NCBI GenBank assembly: GCA_013265495.1
Contig: MU057597.1
Coordinates: forward strand, 560,207-624,206
Reading direction: 5' to 3'
DNA: 64,000 bases
Source of the DNA: Vicugna vicugna
Taxonomy: Eukaryota
A program made the translations under genes and the position numbers. This document shows positions 37,301 through 51,131 of this stretch, in pieces (the stretch's first letter is position 1; the number at the start of each line of letters is the position of its first letter). The notes under the pieces are model-generated. The model was not told the origin of the DNA. It saw nothing but the letters and a program-made list of their open reading frames with translations, and searched no databases.

Positions 37301-39266
37301 AAAGAAAAATTCACATGAAAGCCAAAAAGTATGTATGGAAAACAAACTATGCTATAGAGAAACCAAGGTATCTTATATAACAAATTACAGCCAATCAATT
37401 TAATTACATTTCTGGTATAAAGACAGTATGTTAATAACAAAAATATATTCAAGATATATGATATTCCCAATTTTAAAAATCCAAACTGATTTAAATGAAA
37501 AAGCATGTGTTAATAAGCAGGCATTATTTAAGCAAAACAAATGTAAAAGGAATCACTGTGATTATTAAATGTTCAGAAAATTCTACAAGTTATAGACATT
37601 TTGAGGAAACTGCTGCTGAGCTGTATCCCTCAACATTCAAGAAGGAAATCTTGCAAAATATATAAAACAGTATTCATTCCTCCATCCAATAGACCCACTA
37701 ATTACAGCTATAACAGGAAAAACATTATTAGTGTGACCAGGAAAAAGTAATCAATGATTACATAAATCAAAGAAAATTCATGTATAATACAAGATGGTAG
37801 CAAGAATGTCTGAAACAAAACCAACAGGGTACAATTCAGTTGTAACACAGGCATCACGAACTTCATCAACTCCCCGAGAGGATGCATCAAAATCACCTTT
37901 GTGAACAATGAACAATGCCACACACGTGGAATGAACCCTGTTGTGAGATGAGTAGTTTGGTCAATGGTCTCACTGATATGGGGCTATGAACTTGGCAATT
38001 TTCTCCCTAAAATAAATCCCTATGCCTCAAATCAGAGGATGATTGTTAGTAGACTTAATTAACATTGCCACACTGCCCTTGACAGAGACACCAGTGATGA
38101 TCCACAGAAACCAGAAGGACATCTGGAACCACCTGTGTCACATTCTTGGGACACTTTCTATCTCAGCATCCTGGAACATGCTGGCCACACTACTGAGTTA
38201 CTTCGGGGACACTTCTCTACGCAGCAGTGTGATGCTGTGACACCTAAACCAGAGTTCTAAATTCAGAATTTTCTTTTTCTCAGTAAAGCTCCTTGTGGGA
38301 GAGTTCACCAAAAGATGAGTAGCACCTAAAGGGTGGGCTCTCACAGCAGAAAACAGGATAAAATCTCAGACACCCAGTAGATGTATTTCAAAAGCATGTT
38401 TCAGAGAAAAAAAAATCACACGACCTCAAAAAAAAAAAAAAAAAAAAAAAATCACACGACCTCAAAAAAAAAAAAAAGAAAAAGAAATCAGCGAGAGCCA
38501 AAGTTTTTCCATGTTCCCATATTAAGTAGCCACAGTAAAAGGGAGAAAAAGAAAAGAAATGAGAGCAAAGCCAGGGGGTCAGATTTTGTGGGATGCTGAA
38601 ATGGGCCCTGGGCCTGCCTGCACACCCCAGGCCGTGCCTGAGATGTGGTCCCCATGAAGGACTGGCAATCAAAGAAAGGTTCTCTCTGCCCACTGTGTTT
38701 ATACTACTGGTGAGTAACAACCTCCAAAGATTCATGCTATTCCATTATGCACGATCCTGGAGGCAAAAGCAGAAATGAAGAAATGGCTGAGGCACATGAA
38801 CAGGCAGAGAGGGTTTGAGGCAGGCCCAGGCACTGGCCTGGGGCCCTAGATGTGATGGAAGGGCAGCCAATGATCTCCATCCCAAAAAAGGTCTCTGGCT
38901 ACACGAAATGGGGATGGAAGCTGGAGAAGGACAGGAGCGGCGACTAGGGAGACCTCGGCTGTGATGCGTGTGGATGGAGAACTGAGTATAGAATGAGAGG
39001 TCAACCCCCCAAAGTCAAATACAAAAAAAGACCACAGAGGGCAGGTGACAGAATGTGAGTCATGATGAAGGCTCTGACTTTGTCTCTGCAACAGCCCAAA
39101 TGCCACTGGGGATGGGAGGAACATTTCAGACACAGGAAGAAGAGAGAGAGGAGAGGAAAGCTGACAGAAATAAAGTTTTGTTTTCCCAAGGACCTCTCAC
39201 ATATAGGAAGACTTTCCTAAAAAATACCTGAGGAAGTCATCACTGCTTTGCCATCTGAGTTCTCAC

Positions 39267-39401
39267 TTGTCTTCATACTTTTATATATCCCCGCACATCG
39301 GATTTTTTTCCCCGTTATTCTCACCTCACTCTTCAGAGGCCAGGGGTCTTCCCCTTTCTCCAAAATGAAAATAATATTCACCTCAGAAAGACAGATTCTT
39401 G
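39267..39401 (-). CDS. KRAB-B exon (ICLSEVNIIFILEKGEDPWPLKSEVRI...)
   Basis: LExGxxPW motif; donor A|GTGAGA; expected CAG acceptor reads CAA. Confidence 0.8.
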
Positions 39402-39679
39402 CTTAAATGAAAAAGGTGACTGATGTGCTGTGGCTTTTCCATAATACACTCCAGCCCTTTGTTCAGATGGGAAGGAAGTTACAGATGGGAGAGAGTAATA
39501 CATCACAAATTTGTTCAATGACTGTCTCCTTCCAAATCCTAAACGAATATTGCAAATATGCAGACATGTAGCTCTCTTCCAAGAACTACTAAATCAGAAG
39601 TGCAGGAGGACAGCCAGCCTGATATTTTATAGTTTTGCCATAAGCTTTTGGGCTTAGTCAACTTCCAAAACCACCATTA

Positions 39680-40030
<351 letters not shown>

Positions 40031-41221
40031 CTAATGTCTTCAGGAATGACAGAGTCCACAGTCACTTCAAAGAAAGGTGAGCACTGAAAACATGGGATAA
40101 TGATAATTACAAGAACAAGCAAAAGTTCCCAAACACAATGCATTTCTCTCAATGTTTCATAAGCATTACCTCCTATAACAACATAGCATCTGATTTTTTC
40201 CCACCTTATAGAGGACCCAACTCTGCTAGTCAGCAGCTACTGAATGGCAAAACCATCACCTGAGCCAGTTGGTCCAGCTTTAGAATGGAACCTACAGCAG
40301 CACACATTTAAGTTAACAGATACAACATTAAAAGTATGATGACACAGTTGTCTCCTAACTTAGCAAACACGACACATTTTCAGCACAGGCTGAAAACACA
40401 GAACTCCTGGAAAGGCCAATATGTACGTGTACACACACACATACATACAAGGAGGTACAATCTTCTACTCAAAACTCATTAACATGGCAGGATAGGAAAA
40501 GACTTAAGAACATGTAAAGCATCTAAGATATACTTTTAATTTTAAAATAAATACAAATCTTCTTTATGAAATGATGACGTCGCTGATACACACCACGGGC
40601 CCCCGCTTACTTTCACAAGAGTGCGCCTACAAACATACACGCGGAACTCAAAGGAATTAAAATTTGCCCGTGTCCAAAAAACATTTTTTGAATGTGTCTT
40701 CATTTTCTATTATCTCTTACTTGTGCATTTCAAACTTTTTGGTACAGTGAACATGTAAAATTTATACTAAACTTAATTAAGATGGTCAACATTATTCTAT
40801 AGGAGCCTAGTAATTTAAAAAGCACTTCAAACTTTGAAAAACTATGTATTAAAATATTTAACTTTAATCACCATAAATACATATAGGGAGTATAAATACA
40901 AAAAAGAAGTTGTGTGGTGATGGGAGAAGATTGAGGGAAGGCCCTGGGGTGACTTCAAGCCAACCTATCAGGCAGGATACTTGAGGATGAGAGATTATCA
41001 AGTCCACACGGCCTCGGATCTTCAGTCCAGGATGGAGAGCACTGAACAAGAAACTAAGGATGTGATTTTACCTGAGAAAGAGTCATTCCTGACTCCTTGT
41101 TCTTCCCTCTTCTTCCTCTTCAGGGCTTCTTTCTCAGGTAACATTCAGTCTTGAGACATCAATCCTGAAAGTCAAAATACGCTGCTTGATGCTTAGAATC
41201 AACATACCCCTTCGTGTACCA

Positions 41222-41224
41222 CAA

Positions 41225-41259
<35 letters not shown>
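41222..41259. repeat. (CA)n microsatellite
   Basis: Direct inspection. Confidence 0.95.
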
Positions 41260-41261
<2 letters not shown>

Positions 41262-42439
41262 GGAGACCTCACTACATGGAACAGACAGACCTCTGCTGCA
41301 CACTGTCCCAGGAGGGACTCAGGATGGGAAACACCTACAGGGAAACTAACAAGTAAGGTTTCTGACCCCCCGTCTTCAGAACTCACCCTCCCGGTTAGGG
41401 CCACACACATGTTGCGTCAGTGGGGACTTATGAAGGACTGGCCCGCATCTTCAAGTCACAGACCCAGCCCTGACCAAAAGCCATGCAGAGGACAGCTCCT
41501 CTCACCTCTCTCTCGGTTAGGGGCTGGTATCTGTCCTCAGAAACAGATGAGCCAGAGCCCTAGTCTTCAGAGCTGAACATTTTCACAGAAGGGACAAAAG
41601 GGGCTTGAGGGGAACATCTACTTTGTAACTCACAGCTCACTAATTCAACACACCACACAAAGGGAAGAAAAGAAGCTGCTAAATACTAGACTAACTCACT
41701 AAACTAGGATCATTGATGTCCTGACCAAGTGTATACTGAAATGGTCTCCAATTATTTACTGAGTACCCAAAAATGTTCCAAAATAGGACAAAGAGGAGAA
41801 AGAATGCAGGCCTTATAATCTGAACTAGACACAATATATTTAATAGGGAAAACAATCTGGGACTTTTATTTAATCTAATGACTTCTGGCATCAAAATATT
41901 TTAAAATATGAGACTATCTCATATTTAGAATAGAATGATAAGAGCTGGTTTATTATATGTCACCAAAGCTTATTGCAGAAGTTAATGATTTATATAAAAG
42001 CAGAAATTCAGTATACTATCATTTATCTCAATATGCTTTTAAAAATAGTGAATTAAATGTAAGAGGAGTAGAAAGAAAAGTGTACATTCATTAAAAGAAA
42101 AACCAACAGTTTTAATATTCCTTTAAAAAGCATCATGTAGTGACACATTCAGTCATTTGTCCCAGTTCTCCTCCCTCACAGTATCCCCAGAGAAGAAGGT
42201 GACCCACTGACACAAGTCTCCCCTCGCTGCCTGAAGAAAGGCTGCAAATGGAAACTATTCTATGAGGCAAATAATTAATGGAATACACAAGTCTTATAAA
42301 CAGGAGTTTTGCAATTCTCATCTGTAAAATTAAAAAGGATTAAGCTAAATTTAAACTGAATAGATTATAAAACCAGAAGTAAGTTTATCACAACCTGTTC
42401 AGCCATATTCCATCGCCCCATCGCTCATCCAGAATTAGA

Positions 42440-43165
42440 TTTTCCTTCTTTCTCTCCACTATCTTTCTGTTAATCTGTATCCTTTTCCTCCTCTCCATTG
42501 TTTTTCCTTTTGTTTCCTCCCTCACCTCCACTGCTCTCTCTCCTTTTCTGTCTTCCTTTCCTTATACCTCTTTGCACAAGTCTTGAAACCTATCTCAACC
42601 TATCTCCTGTTTCTCCCTCTCCCCAGTCTGTTTCCAATCTCCATATATATCTGCCCCAACCCCCATTTCTGTGTGCCTTCTGCTCTCCAATACATCATCT
42701 TTCCTGTTACATCCCGTCTGCCACGACTCACTGACCCCCGCAGCTGGCTAGGCTCTCTCAGTGCTGTTTCTCACTCTGCCATCCCTAATCCTTCCTTCTG
42801 TCCCTGCATCCCGCTCCCACAACTCTTTTTCTCCTAACCACTCTCTGTCTGAAATGCCTTGACTTTCTTGTTCCACACTTCTACCAACAAAGGGCCCCTT
42901 TCCCTGTTTTGCTCCCCTTCCTCTTTCTGGAGCTCCTCCCTTTCCTGTACATTTCTCTATTTTCCCCTCTTGCTACTTTCCTGAGTTATTTTATTCTCTT
43001 TCATTTGCTCTTTGCAAGCCCCTCCTCCATCCTCTATTTTGCCTTCTCTTTATGGGCTGCCTCACTGATCTTTTCCACCCTTTCCCTTTTCTATTTCTCC
43101 TCATTCTCCCTCTGTCTCTTTCTCCTGATCTTACTTACTCCCTAGTCCTGCTTTTCTGGCCTCCC
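42440..43165. repeat. Pyrimidine-rich low-complexity tract
   Basis: About 700 bp dominated by C/T on the plus strand. Confidence 0.75.
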
Positions 43166-43287
43166 CATTTACAATCACGTCCACAAAGCTCCTGATCACT
43201 GGGTGGGGGAGGTGACACTCTAGGGACACTCCAAGGTTTTCAGTCCTAAATCGCACCCTACTGAAAAGTGTGCTCTTCTGGGACACT

Positions 43288-43830
43288 GATACAGGAAAAA
43301 TGAATGTAGGGTGAGAGGATCGCCATGTTCCAGGCCTCAGTTGAGTCCCTGGGACGTTCCCCACCAAGTGTGGGTCCTTGGCTTCTTGCAGGAAAGAATT
43401 CAAGAGTGAGCCACAGTTTGAGAAAAGGTAGATTTATTTGGAGAGATACATACTCCATATAATGCAGGCTGTTTAAGAAGCAAGAGAAAGGCCATGACCT
43501 GTGTGTGTAGTTGGGAGTGCTGTTTAAAGTAAAAGTAGAGACGCTCCATAGACAGAGTGCAGGTCCTCTTACTCATAAGGGTGAGTTGCCACCAGGTGTG
43601 AAGGTTGTTAGTTTTTATGGGCTTGGTGGCTTCATATGCTAACAAGTGGGAGAATTATTCCAACTACTTAGGGGAAGGGACTGGAATTCCCTGGAATTGG
43701 GCCACCACCCAATTTCTGACCTTTTAAGGTTAGCCTTGGAACTGTCAGGGCACCTACAGGATTCTTATTTATCTATATTACATGAGCACATAATGAAGCC
43801 CAAGGTCTACTGGAAGTCAGATCTCCCATC
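43288..43830 (-). mobile_element. ERV1 LTR in ZNF intron 1
   Basis: GGGTCCTTGGCTTCTTGCAGGAAAGAATTCAAGAGTGAGCC, TTTATT at 43434. Confidence 0.7.
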
Positions 43831-43959
43831 GGCAAAAGGGGTGAGCATGGGGCAGAGGCCCAAAGAGTTTGAATCTATCCCAGAAGTCCATCTCCCAAGA
43901 CTTTATAAAGCGTGGAGTGGGAGGGGAGGTCAGAGAAGTGATTGAAGCAGGGAAAACAA

Positions 43960-44420
43960 CAGGGCAGGCGGGTCTAATGGCCCGAGGCCGAAAGTCCATA
44001 GGCGGGAAGTCCTCAGAAAGATTTTACTCAAAAACCAAAGCGGACCCCCGACCCAGCAGCCATGCGCTCAGGCTTCAGGGCGTCTCACACCGACGCCAGC
44101 ACTTACCTAAGGTGGGAGGTGCGAGTGCAGGAGCTTTAACGTCCGTAGCAATCCCAAGACCCCAGCGTGTAGGGCTGAGATGGTCAGGTTTAAACTTAAG
44201 ACCAAAACTCACAGACACCGGCCAACCTTAGCCCCGCGTGAGCCACTTCCGATGTGCCAGCCGCTGCGCGTGCCCGCTCCTTCCGGGACTTGCTGAGGGC
44301 GGGGCCTAGGTCAAGCGCTTCCGGAAGTGGGCGTGAATAGTGTCCGGGCCTGAGCAGGAAAGTGGGGGAGGGGCCAGGCCAAGGGAGGGGCATGGCGGGG
44401 GGCGGCGAAGGGTCGAGAAA
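43960..44420 (-). promoter_or_regulatory. CpG-island promoter and exon 1 of the KRAB gene
   Basis: CpG-rich; CTTCCGGAAGT (ETS) near 44318, GGGCGGGGC (Sp) near 44297, CACTTCCG near 44244; minus-strand donor AG|GTAAGT at 44106. Confidence 0.85.
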
Positions 44421-44608
44421 TGGACACCCCTCCCTTGCTCCCTAAAGGCATTTTTTTTGTTTTCTTTATTTGCTTCTGAGTTTGGATCAGTTGAATTTTT
44501 TACGTGTGTGGGGAGCCGGGCTGCTCCTTGCCTATTTTAAGTTCATGTTTCAATTTAAGGTAAAAACATAGGAGTTATGTGGGCTCTTCTTGCAAGCTAT
44601 TTAAACTT

Positions 44609-44710
44609 TTAAAGAAAATTGCTAAGCTGTTGGCAGCATGTTTCTCAGCTCTGAGCCCCTACATTGTCATGAGCTATGACTCCAGAGTACCTAGGGTCTG
44701 TTTTGATTAG
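44609..44710 (+). pseudogene. V1R remnant: TM7 and C-terminus only (LKKIAKLLAACFSALSPYIVMSYDSRVPRVCFD*)
   Basis: Aligns with LKNTAALITACFPAVSPYILMIHDSRVPQICFH*; 3' flank 44711-45030 is homologous to 53517-53845. Confidence 0.9.
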
Positions 44711-45029
44711 ACTGGAATTCAAAATTCCCCAAACCTATCAAAAATATGTAAATTATATGTATATTTACAATGGTTCTATATCCATTCCTCTGACTGAATG
44801 CATGTCATTTATGAAATACTTATAAGAGTGGTACACAAGATAAACTGAGCTTCTGCTCCTAATTAAACAACCTTATCCATATAAATGATATTAGAAAATG
44901 ATGTGCTTATATAGTCAATATATATTCAATTCTATCTTTATAAATGTTTGTCTTAGACGAGTCTACAGCCTATGCATTATTTAAAACTGTGCAAAAAGAA
45001 TCTGCAGATGATGCATAAACTACTTAGAA

Positions 45030-48000
45030 TGTGTTGGAACCCAGAGCAGGCTGCCACAAAATATGCCTCAATAACATATTGGTTATTTTGAATTAAAGTA
45101 CTTGAGAAACGACCAGTCCAAGGGGGACAATTTGACCCTTTCCTGAATGGAGAAAATAAATTCCCCATCTGAAAGATTCCCTCCCTGTAACAGGAAGTTC
45201 AAAAACATCATCATCTCTACAGATAGGGAATTTAGAACCAGGAAGCCTCTATGAACAGACCTTGTTTCTTCTTAAATAATTTATTTCTGAAGCCGACTTT
45301 GCTTTTTTGTTTTTTTACTAAGTAAGCCATCAAATCCAAGTTTCTCTGTCCTGTCAATTCTTCTCAAATTTCTTGCTACTTGTTTATGAGAGATAAAAGC
45401 TGCCTGCTTTTGCTACCTCTTAGGTCCTGTTTCTAGGAGACATCTCTGGTTACAACTTAAATTCTTTTTTCCTGTCACTCTGTCTTGTGTCAGTTTTATT
45501 ATTAGACCATCCACAAGAAATCAAGAGAAGTAGAAGGAAAAATTTCCCCTCCCCAACACTTGGTGAGGTAGCAAGGAGACTGGCTGTGTGATTCTCTGCC
45601 CTCAGGCAACTCTAAGAGTCCCAAGGACACCAAAGACCTGCAGGAGATAAGATTTCTTGCCCTGTCAGGCTCCTAGATCCCTGCCCACTGGGTCTGTTGG
45701 AAGGAAAAGTGGTAAGAGTCTCTTTTCTACCTCTCTAAGTTTAGATTAGCTTGATAAAATATTTTGTAGCTAGTCCTTAGGACATAGTGACTCTGGTTTT
45801 GGTAAATGAGTACTCAGGCTTTTAACTGATCTTTTCCTACCAGAGATGGTCACAGTTTTTCTTTGCTTCTGTCTGTTGGGTCATGATGGTTCAGAACTGC
45901 AGGCAGAGACCCTTTATAGAGTCCTGCAGATGGACTTGCCTCACAGACTGGTAAATTAACCATTCTCATAAGATTGGCAACAATATACACCTACTTGACT
46001 GTGGTATTTTTGCACAAGGTATTTTTGCTTTTCGGTTTCTTGACTTGTTCTACAATTTTAGAGCTTGGCTTTATGACCAGAATTCTCTATGGTCTCTGTC
46101 ATCTCAAATGTGCACTTATGGGGAGCATCTGGTGGTCAGATGAACAGACTGGGGTTCCAAGACACAAAGTCCTAAGAACCACTGTCTTTGACAGCCATTC
46201 CAGAATCAGGGGAATATTCTCAAGGACTTGCAGTCCATAAGGAGCCTCTGTCTTACCAACCTGCAATGCACTGATAGTGCTGGAAAAGCCCCATTCCAGC
46301 AGTGCCTCCCCAGTGCCACAGATTAGCGTGTCTAGGACTAAAGGCACCTTACTGCCTCCTGGGCACCTGACACACTGTGTTCACTACACCATTCTTTACT
46401 ATAGCAATTCAGTACTTTTACTTTCTTAGACTAATTCTGACAGTGAACTTTCTAGATCTTTTAAGGCTTACATCATCTCTTTTGAGATACCTATTTGCAT
46501 ATTTGATTAAGCTAATAAAAAAGGCATTTTTTTTTTTAGTTACTATGTGAAAATAATATACCATCCCACTTGTTCATGAACAGACAGGAATTCTTTATGT
46601 ACTTTTTTTTTAGGGGTGAGATACTTACTCAGACAGGGATCCTTTAAATTGGGTGTATTTAACAAGAAAAATATGATAGCTTTCATTATAAACACCCATC
46701 ATATTGGTACAAAAGAAAGAACAAAATTGCCTTATGGAATCCCTTATTAAGGTGAAAGAACAGAAATTAGACATAAAATATATATCAAACATAAACTCTC
46801 CTTCTTAGACAAAGAAACATTACCCTCACTTTGGCAATTATCCACCCCCTCAACAGGAAACAGGAAATAGATCACCCAGAAGTCAGTATTCAAGGGCTAA
46901 TAGAAACAACTCTCTTAGTTTTGAAAATCTCCAGAAAACTAGAAATGCACTCCAGACGCAAGACATGGCCCACTTTTCTGTACCAATTCCAAAACCTCCC
47001 CTATTCCACTCAAAATGTGTATAGATATTTTAAAGGATCAGGATATTGTGGCAAAACTGTCCTGTGCTTAAGAAGGAAAAAATTGAATAATAAATCCCCT
47101 AACACTAATGACAATAGATAAAAATATTCCAAAAACTCCTAAGAAAAAACTTAGATTTTCTTTCCTTGTGCCTTAAAGTTTCATGTCTTATTCGGTCTTT
47201 GAAATGTAAACCCAGCTCACATTAACCTAGCTTATTTCAATCAGTGGAACCTGAAACTAGGGGGAGAAAAGAGAGAGAGAGAGAGAGACAGAGAGAAAAT
47301 AGACACCACTGTAACCAGAAAATGATAGTAGAAGGACCTTTTCCCCAAACTCCAATTCACAGCCTCTATAAAATTGTGTGACAAGGTCAAATATAGATCT
47401 TAAAAGTCTTCTCAACAAATAACAAGACATTAGCTGTCTGAGCGAGCACAACTAAATTTCAAGTTATTATTTATGAACTAGTGAGTTTTGTACTGTACCT
47501 GATTCATGAGTAAAGTTTAAAATTAAAACTCTGAGATTAAGTATATTTGTGTCAATTAGTAAACATGGCTTGAGACTTAGTGAAGAATTATACTATGTGG
47601 TAGCATGTTTCCAGAAATTATGAAATGCTAATTCAGTTCACAATAGTATATATTTCTTTATTTTCACTATAAAAAATTGAGATCTCCAATGATTAAGAAT
47701 TCTTGGTAACAAAGATGGTTACAGCTACTAGAAATAATAAAGAAAGTAGGATGTGTCTAGGAATTAAAAAGAGGTTAAGGTACTGAGATTTTTTTCAAGG
47801 AAATTAAAAATCTATTTTGTCCTACAGCTCTTACTTCATGTAAAATGGACATAGAATATTGTAAAAGGTTTGTAAAAAAAAACAAAAAGAAATTTTAGAG
47901 AAGTTTATGTGTGGTCAGAATTGGCAAGATTGGAATCAATTAACTTATGAGTTTTAATTAAACTGTTGCAAAATTAATGTTAGTTTGTTTTCTCTCTGTT

Positions 48001-48990
48001 AAAGCATAAAATTATTTTCCACTGTTGTTCTGGGCTTAATGAGAGATTGTGAACAGCCTTTTTCCAGTTTTAATGTAATCTGTCTAAAAAAACGCCAAAA
48101 ATTCTGTATGTTGTCTATATCAGGTCATTGATGACTTAGAAGTAAAGAAATAAAAAAGTATCTATTCAACATTTTAAAAGCTAAAGCTTTTTACAACTAT
48201 GTAACTTTCCCCATTTGCCTGTGATGTGTTTGTTACTGTGATTAAATGGATAAGTAATGACTGTTTCAGTGACCCATGATCCCATTTGATCAAGTGTTTT
48301 AAGGTTTTCTCTCTTTCTTTTTTGATTCTTTAAAAAGCTTTCCAAAAGAAAATTCTAAATGAAGTCTTAGCAATCTGGGCATTATTGAGGCTTTCAAAGG
48401 AACTCTGAATTATCTCAATTTTTTTTTCTTTCCTCATAAAAGAATGCATTTAAACTAATTCCAGTTCTTGTCAAATAAATGGTGATAACACTTAACCAGT
48501 TATATTATGTGGGTAAATGATATTATATGAATGTTGTAGAAATTATATGAGATTCCTAAAATTACCATATATCCTAGTGTAATGTTATCAGTCATAACTC
48601 TAGTAATTTTCTTAAAATACTGTTCATCACAGAGATAACCAAATTTCCATGTTAATTCCATTACAGTAAATCAGGTCTCTAATAACCAACATTTAATGTC
48701 CTTTATTTTTACAGACAATATCATTTTTTCAGATGTTTCATAAGATCTTCCTGCAAATGTGTTTCATCTTAGAAAAATTTATGAAAGTACTAACCAGTAC
48801 TCTAGAATAAAATGTTCTCAGCATCTTAAACTGTACTGCTAAAAAGGGTTAGAATTTAGAGACACTACTAGAAAAACTGATGGCTTCATAATTTCTGGAA
48901 AAAAAACAGATTATGAATTCAGCACATGATAATAAATGAACTGCAGGAGGAATACAATTTTTGATGACTTCTTATTGGAAACATTGTTGA
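45030..48990 (+). mobile_element. ERV1 (MER34/MER4-like): LTR 45030-45558, PBS, AT-rich internal sequence
   Basis: LTR ends CCCCAACA; PBS TGGTGAGGTAGCAAGGAG 45561-45578 resembles tRNA-Arg(ACG) PBS TGGCGAGCCAGCCAGGAG. Confidence 0.75.
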
Positions 48991-49199
48991 TTCACACGAC
49001 CTCCCAGACTCACACCTCGAGGCATCTCCTTCTCATCAAATGTCACACCTCTGTACAGGTGGCCCCAGTTTCCTTGGTACTAGAACCTTGAATTTCAAAC
49101 CTTCAGGCTTCACCTTCTGGCCCTCTAGTTTATGAGACAGTGACACCCTTTCTCCCCACAGGGATCATCTTCATTGGTCCAGGTCTGAACCTTCCTTTT

Positions 49200-50400
49200 C
49201 TAACCAAAATCCTTTTATCTCCTGGCAACGGCTCATTAATAAAAAGTCATGGACACTTGGTTTACTAAAACTCTCTTAACTTCCTTTCCCTCTCCATAAA
49301 AGTCTTCACCATTGGTTAACAAGTGGAGAACTGTGCATGGCTCACCATGGTTGTAGACCCCAAACTGTAACTCTCTACAACCCTCAACTATCAGGACACT
49401 ATTTATTTCAGGTCAACATTTTGATGGCCTGTACAGGGAGGGACCACAGAAGACACATGATGGCCTCAGGGCTGGGGGGCAAACAGGTGCAGTGCCCACA
49501 ATTGAGTCCATTATAACTCATTAGCTTTTCTTGCTGACCTTGGAGTTTGAAGGTACATCTTTTTTTCTGCATCTGAGCCCATACCCTTCTTGAAGCTCTC
49601 TAGGCATTATTCAAAATCAACTTAAACTTCTTATCTTTGTATTTAAGACCTTGTTCCGTATTTGAGGACTTATTTGGCACTTCAATCAGATTTGAGATCA
49701 GAATGTTTTACTGAAACTGGCTAGTTTTCAGCCTATGTCCTTCAGAACAGGGGCTTCTTGTCCTGAAGCTGGTTAGCCTTCAACCCATTCCTTCAGGAAC
49801 AAGTCTTCTTTCTCTGAAATGGTGCTGGGGTTTTCAGCTATGATCCTATTCTTTTGGAAGGCCTGACTTCTAAACACTGGCTAAAACAAAGCCTTCTGCC
49901 TGGTTCCTCCCAGACCATGCTATCTTCTTGGCCTTGGCAGGGGTTGCCTTGTTGGCTGTTTGAAATGAACTTTCTGTACTATAAGCAATTAAAGCTTATT
50001 GGTTGGAAATTGTCCTCAACTGTAGAGAAAAACCACTAAGAAATGGAATACTCATTTTCTAAGCATTATGGGGGCAACACACACACAGAGGATAATTTTA
50101 TGTTTAAAAACTGAGGTCCTTTCTCATGTGAATTTCTTACTAAATGGATCAACCTCACCAAAGGCAAATTACAGTACCAGTGGTCATTATAGGAATTTTA
50201 AATCCCTAAATTTAATTTCCTTAAAACCAAATTGGACTACCATAACTCAGAAATGTCCAGAACTTAGTGGGATGCTCATTTTGATGTTTTACAGTGCTAC
50301 TTGGAGTCTAAAATTGCCTCTCTGCAAAATAAAATTTTAAGCAAACAAATGATTAAAGACAGATGAAATGACTATGGAAACCACAGGCTCTGCTCCCGGT
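49200..50400 (+). mobile_element. Second ERV1 fragment: LTR end, PBS-Ile, leader and degenerate gag start
   Basis: GGTCAACA at 49418 followed by TGATGGCCTGTACAGGGA (15/18 to tRNA-Ile PBS TGGTGGCCCGTACGGGGA). Confidence 0.6.
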
Positions 50401-50869
50401 CCGTCTTGTCTCTCCTTTGGCTCCTTGTGGTCAGACTGCATCTGCCACCATCTTCTTTCTTTCCTACTATGCCCAGCAATGCCTCCACTATACCCTTACA
50501 TCTACATACAACTCTCTCACTAAACCTCCCCTTTTCAAACCTTCAATTCATAAAAAGAGAAAAATGGCAATAGTTCTGAAACACAAAAAGTGAAGCACAG
50601 TAAAAGGTTTCCTTCTATTTACTTTTGCTGTTTTCCAAGAGCCGCCTTCCAGAACTACCAAATTCAGTGAGACACATGAAATTCCCTGCCAGGCCTTCAC
50701 ATGTCACACCTCAGTATCTGCTGCTGCATCCATCTGAGTCTCTGTCTGCCTCCAGGGATCAAGGGAAAAAAAGCGTTCTCTCAAACATTAAAATTGTCCC
50801 TTTGGAGACGATAACTACAAACTTTAAGTGGCTGCGTTGCAATTAGCAACTAGGTGGGGAAAAACAGGT

Positions 50870-51131
50870 TCTCACAAATATTCTCAGTTCACCAGGCCTG
50901 TCTCAGGTTGCAGCTACAGGTGAAAAGATAATTGCAATTTGAGGGGCGGGCAGGTCACAGCATCACATCCCATATCTAGGGGTCCGGCTTCCTCCCTCCC
51001 TGTCACAGGAGCAGGCTGTGTGACCAGCACACTGAATGCACTCTCCAGGCAACCAGAGGAAGAGAGGTGAGTATTTTCTATTTCAGTCTTAGAGAAAGAA
51101 TCTGCAAGAAATGAAGGGTGTTAGGATCTGG
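50870..51131 (+). promoter_or_regulatory. V1R promoter block and non-coding exon 1 (gene at 52617)
   Basis: Core at 50915-50935; donors at 51067 (GTGAGT) and 51132 (GTAAGT). Confidence 0.75.

Noticed and set aside
37700..38260. Degenerate C2H2 finger exon
   Set aside because: No CxxC...HxxxH spacing or TGEKPY linker found in the translations.
38381..38735. Poly-Lys / poly-Phe ORFs
   Set aside because: Translation of A and T homopolymers.
42498..43145. Hydrophobic membrane-protein-like ORFs
   Set aside because: Result of pyrimidine-rich low complexity.
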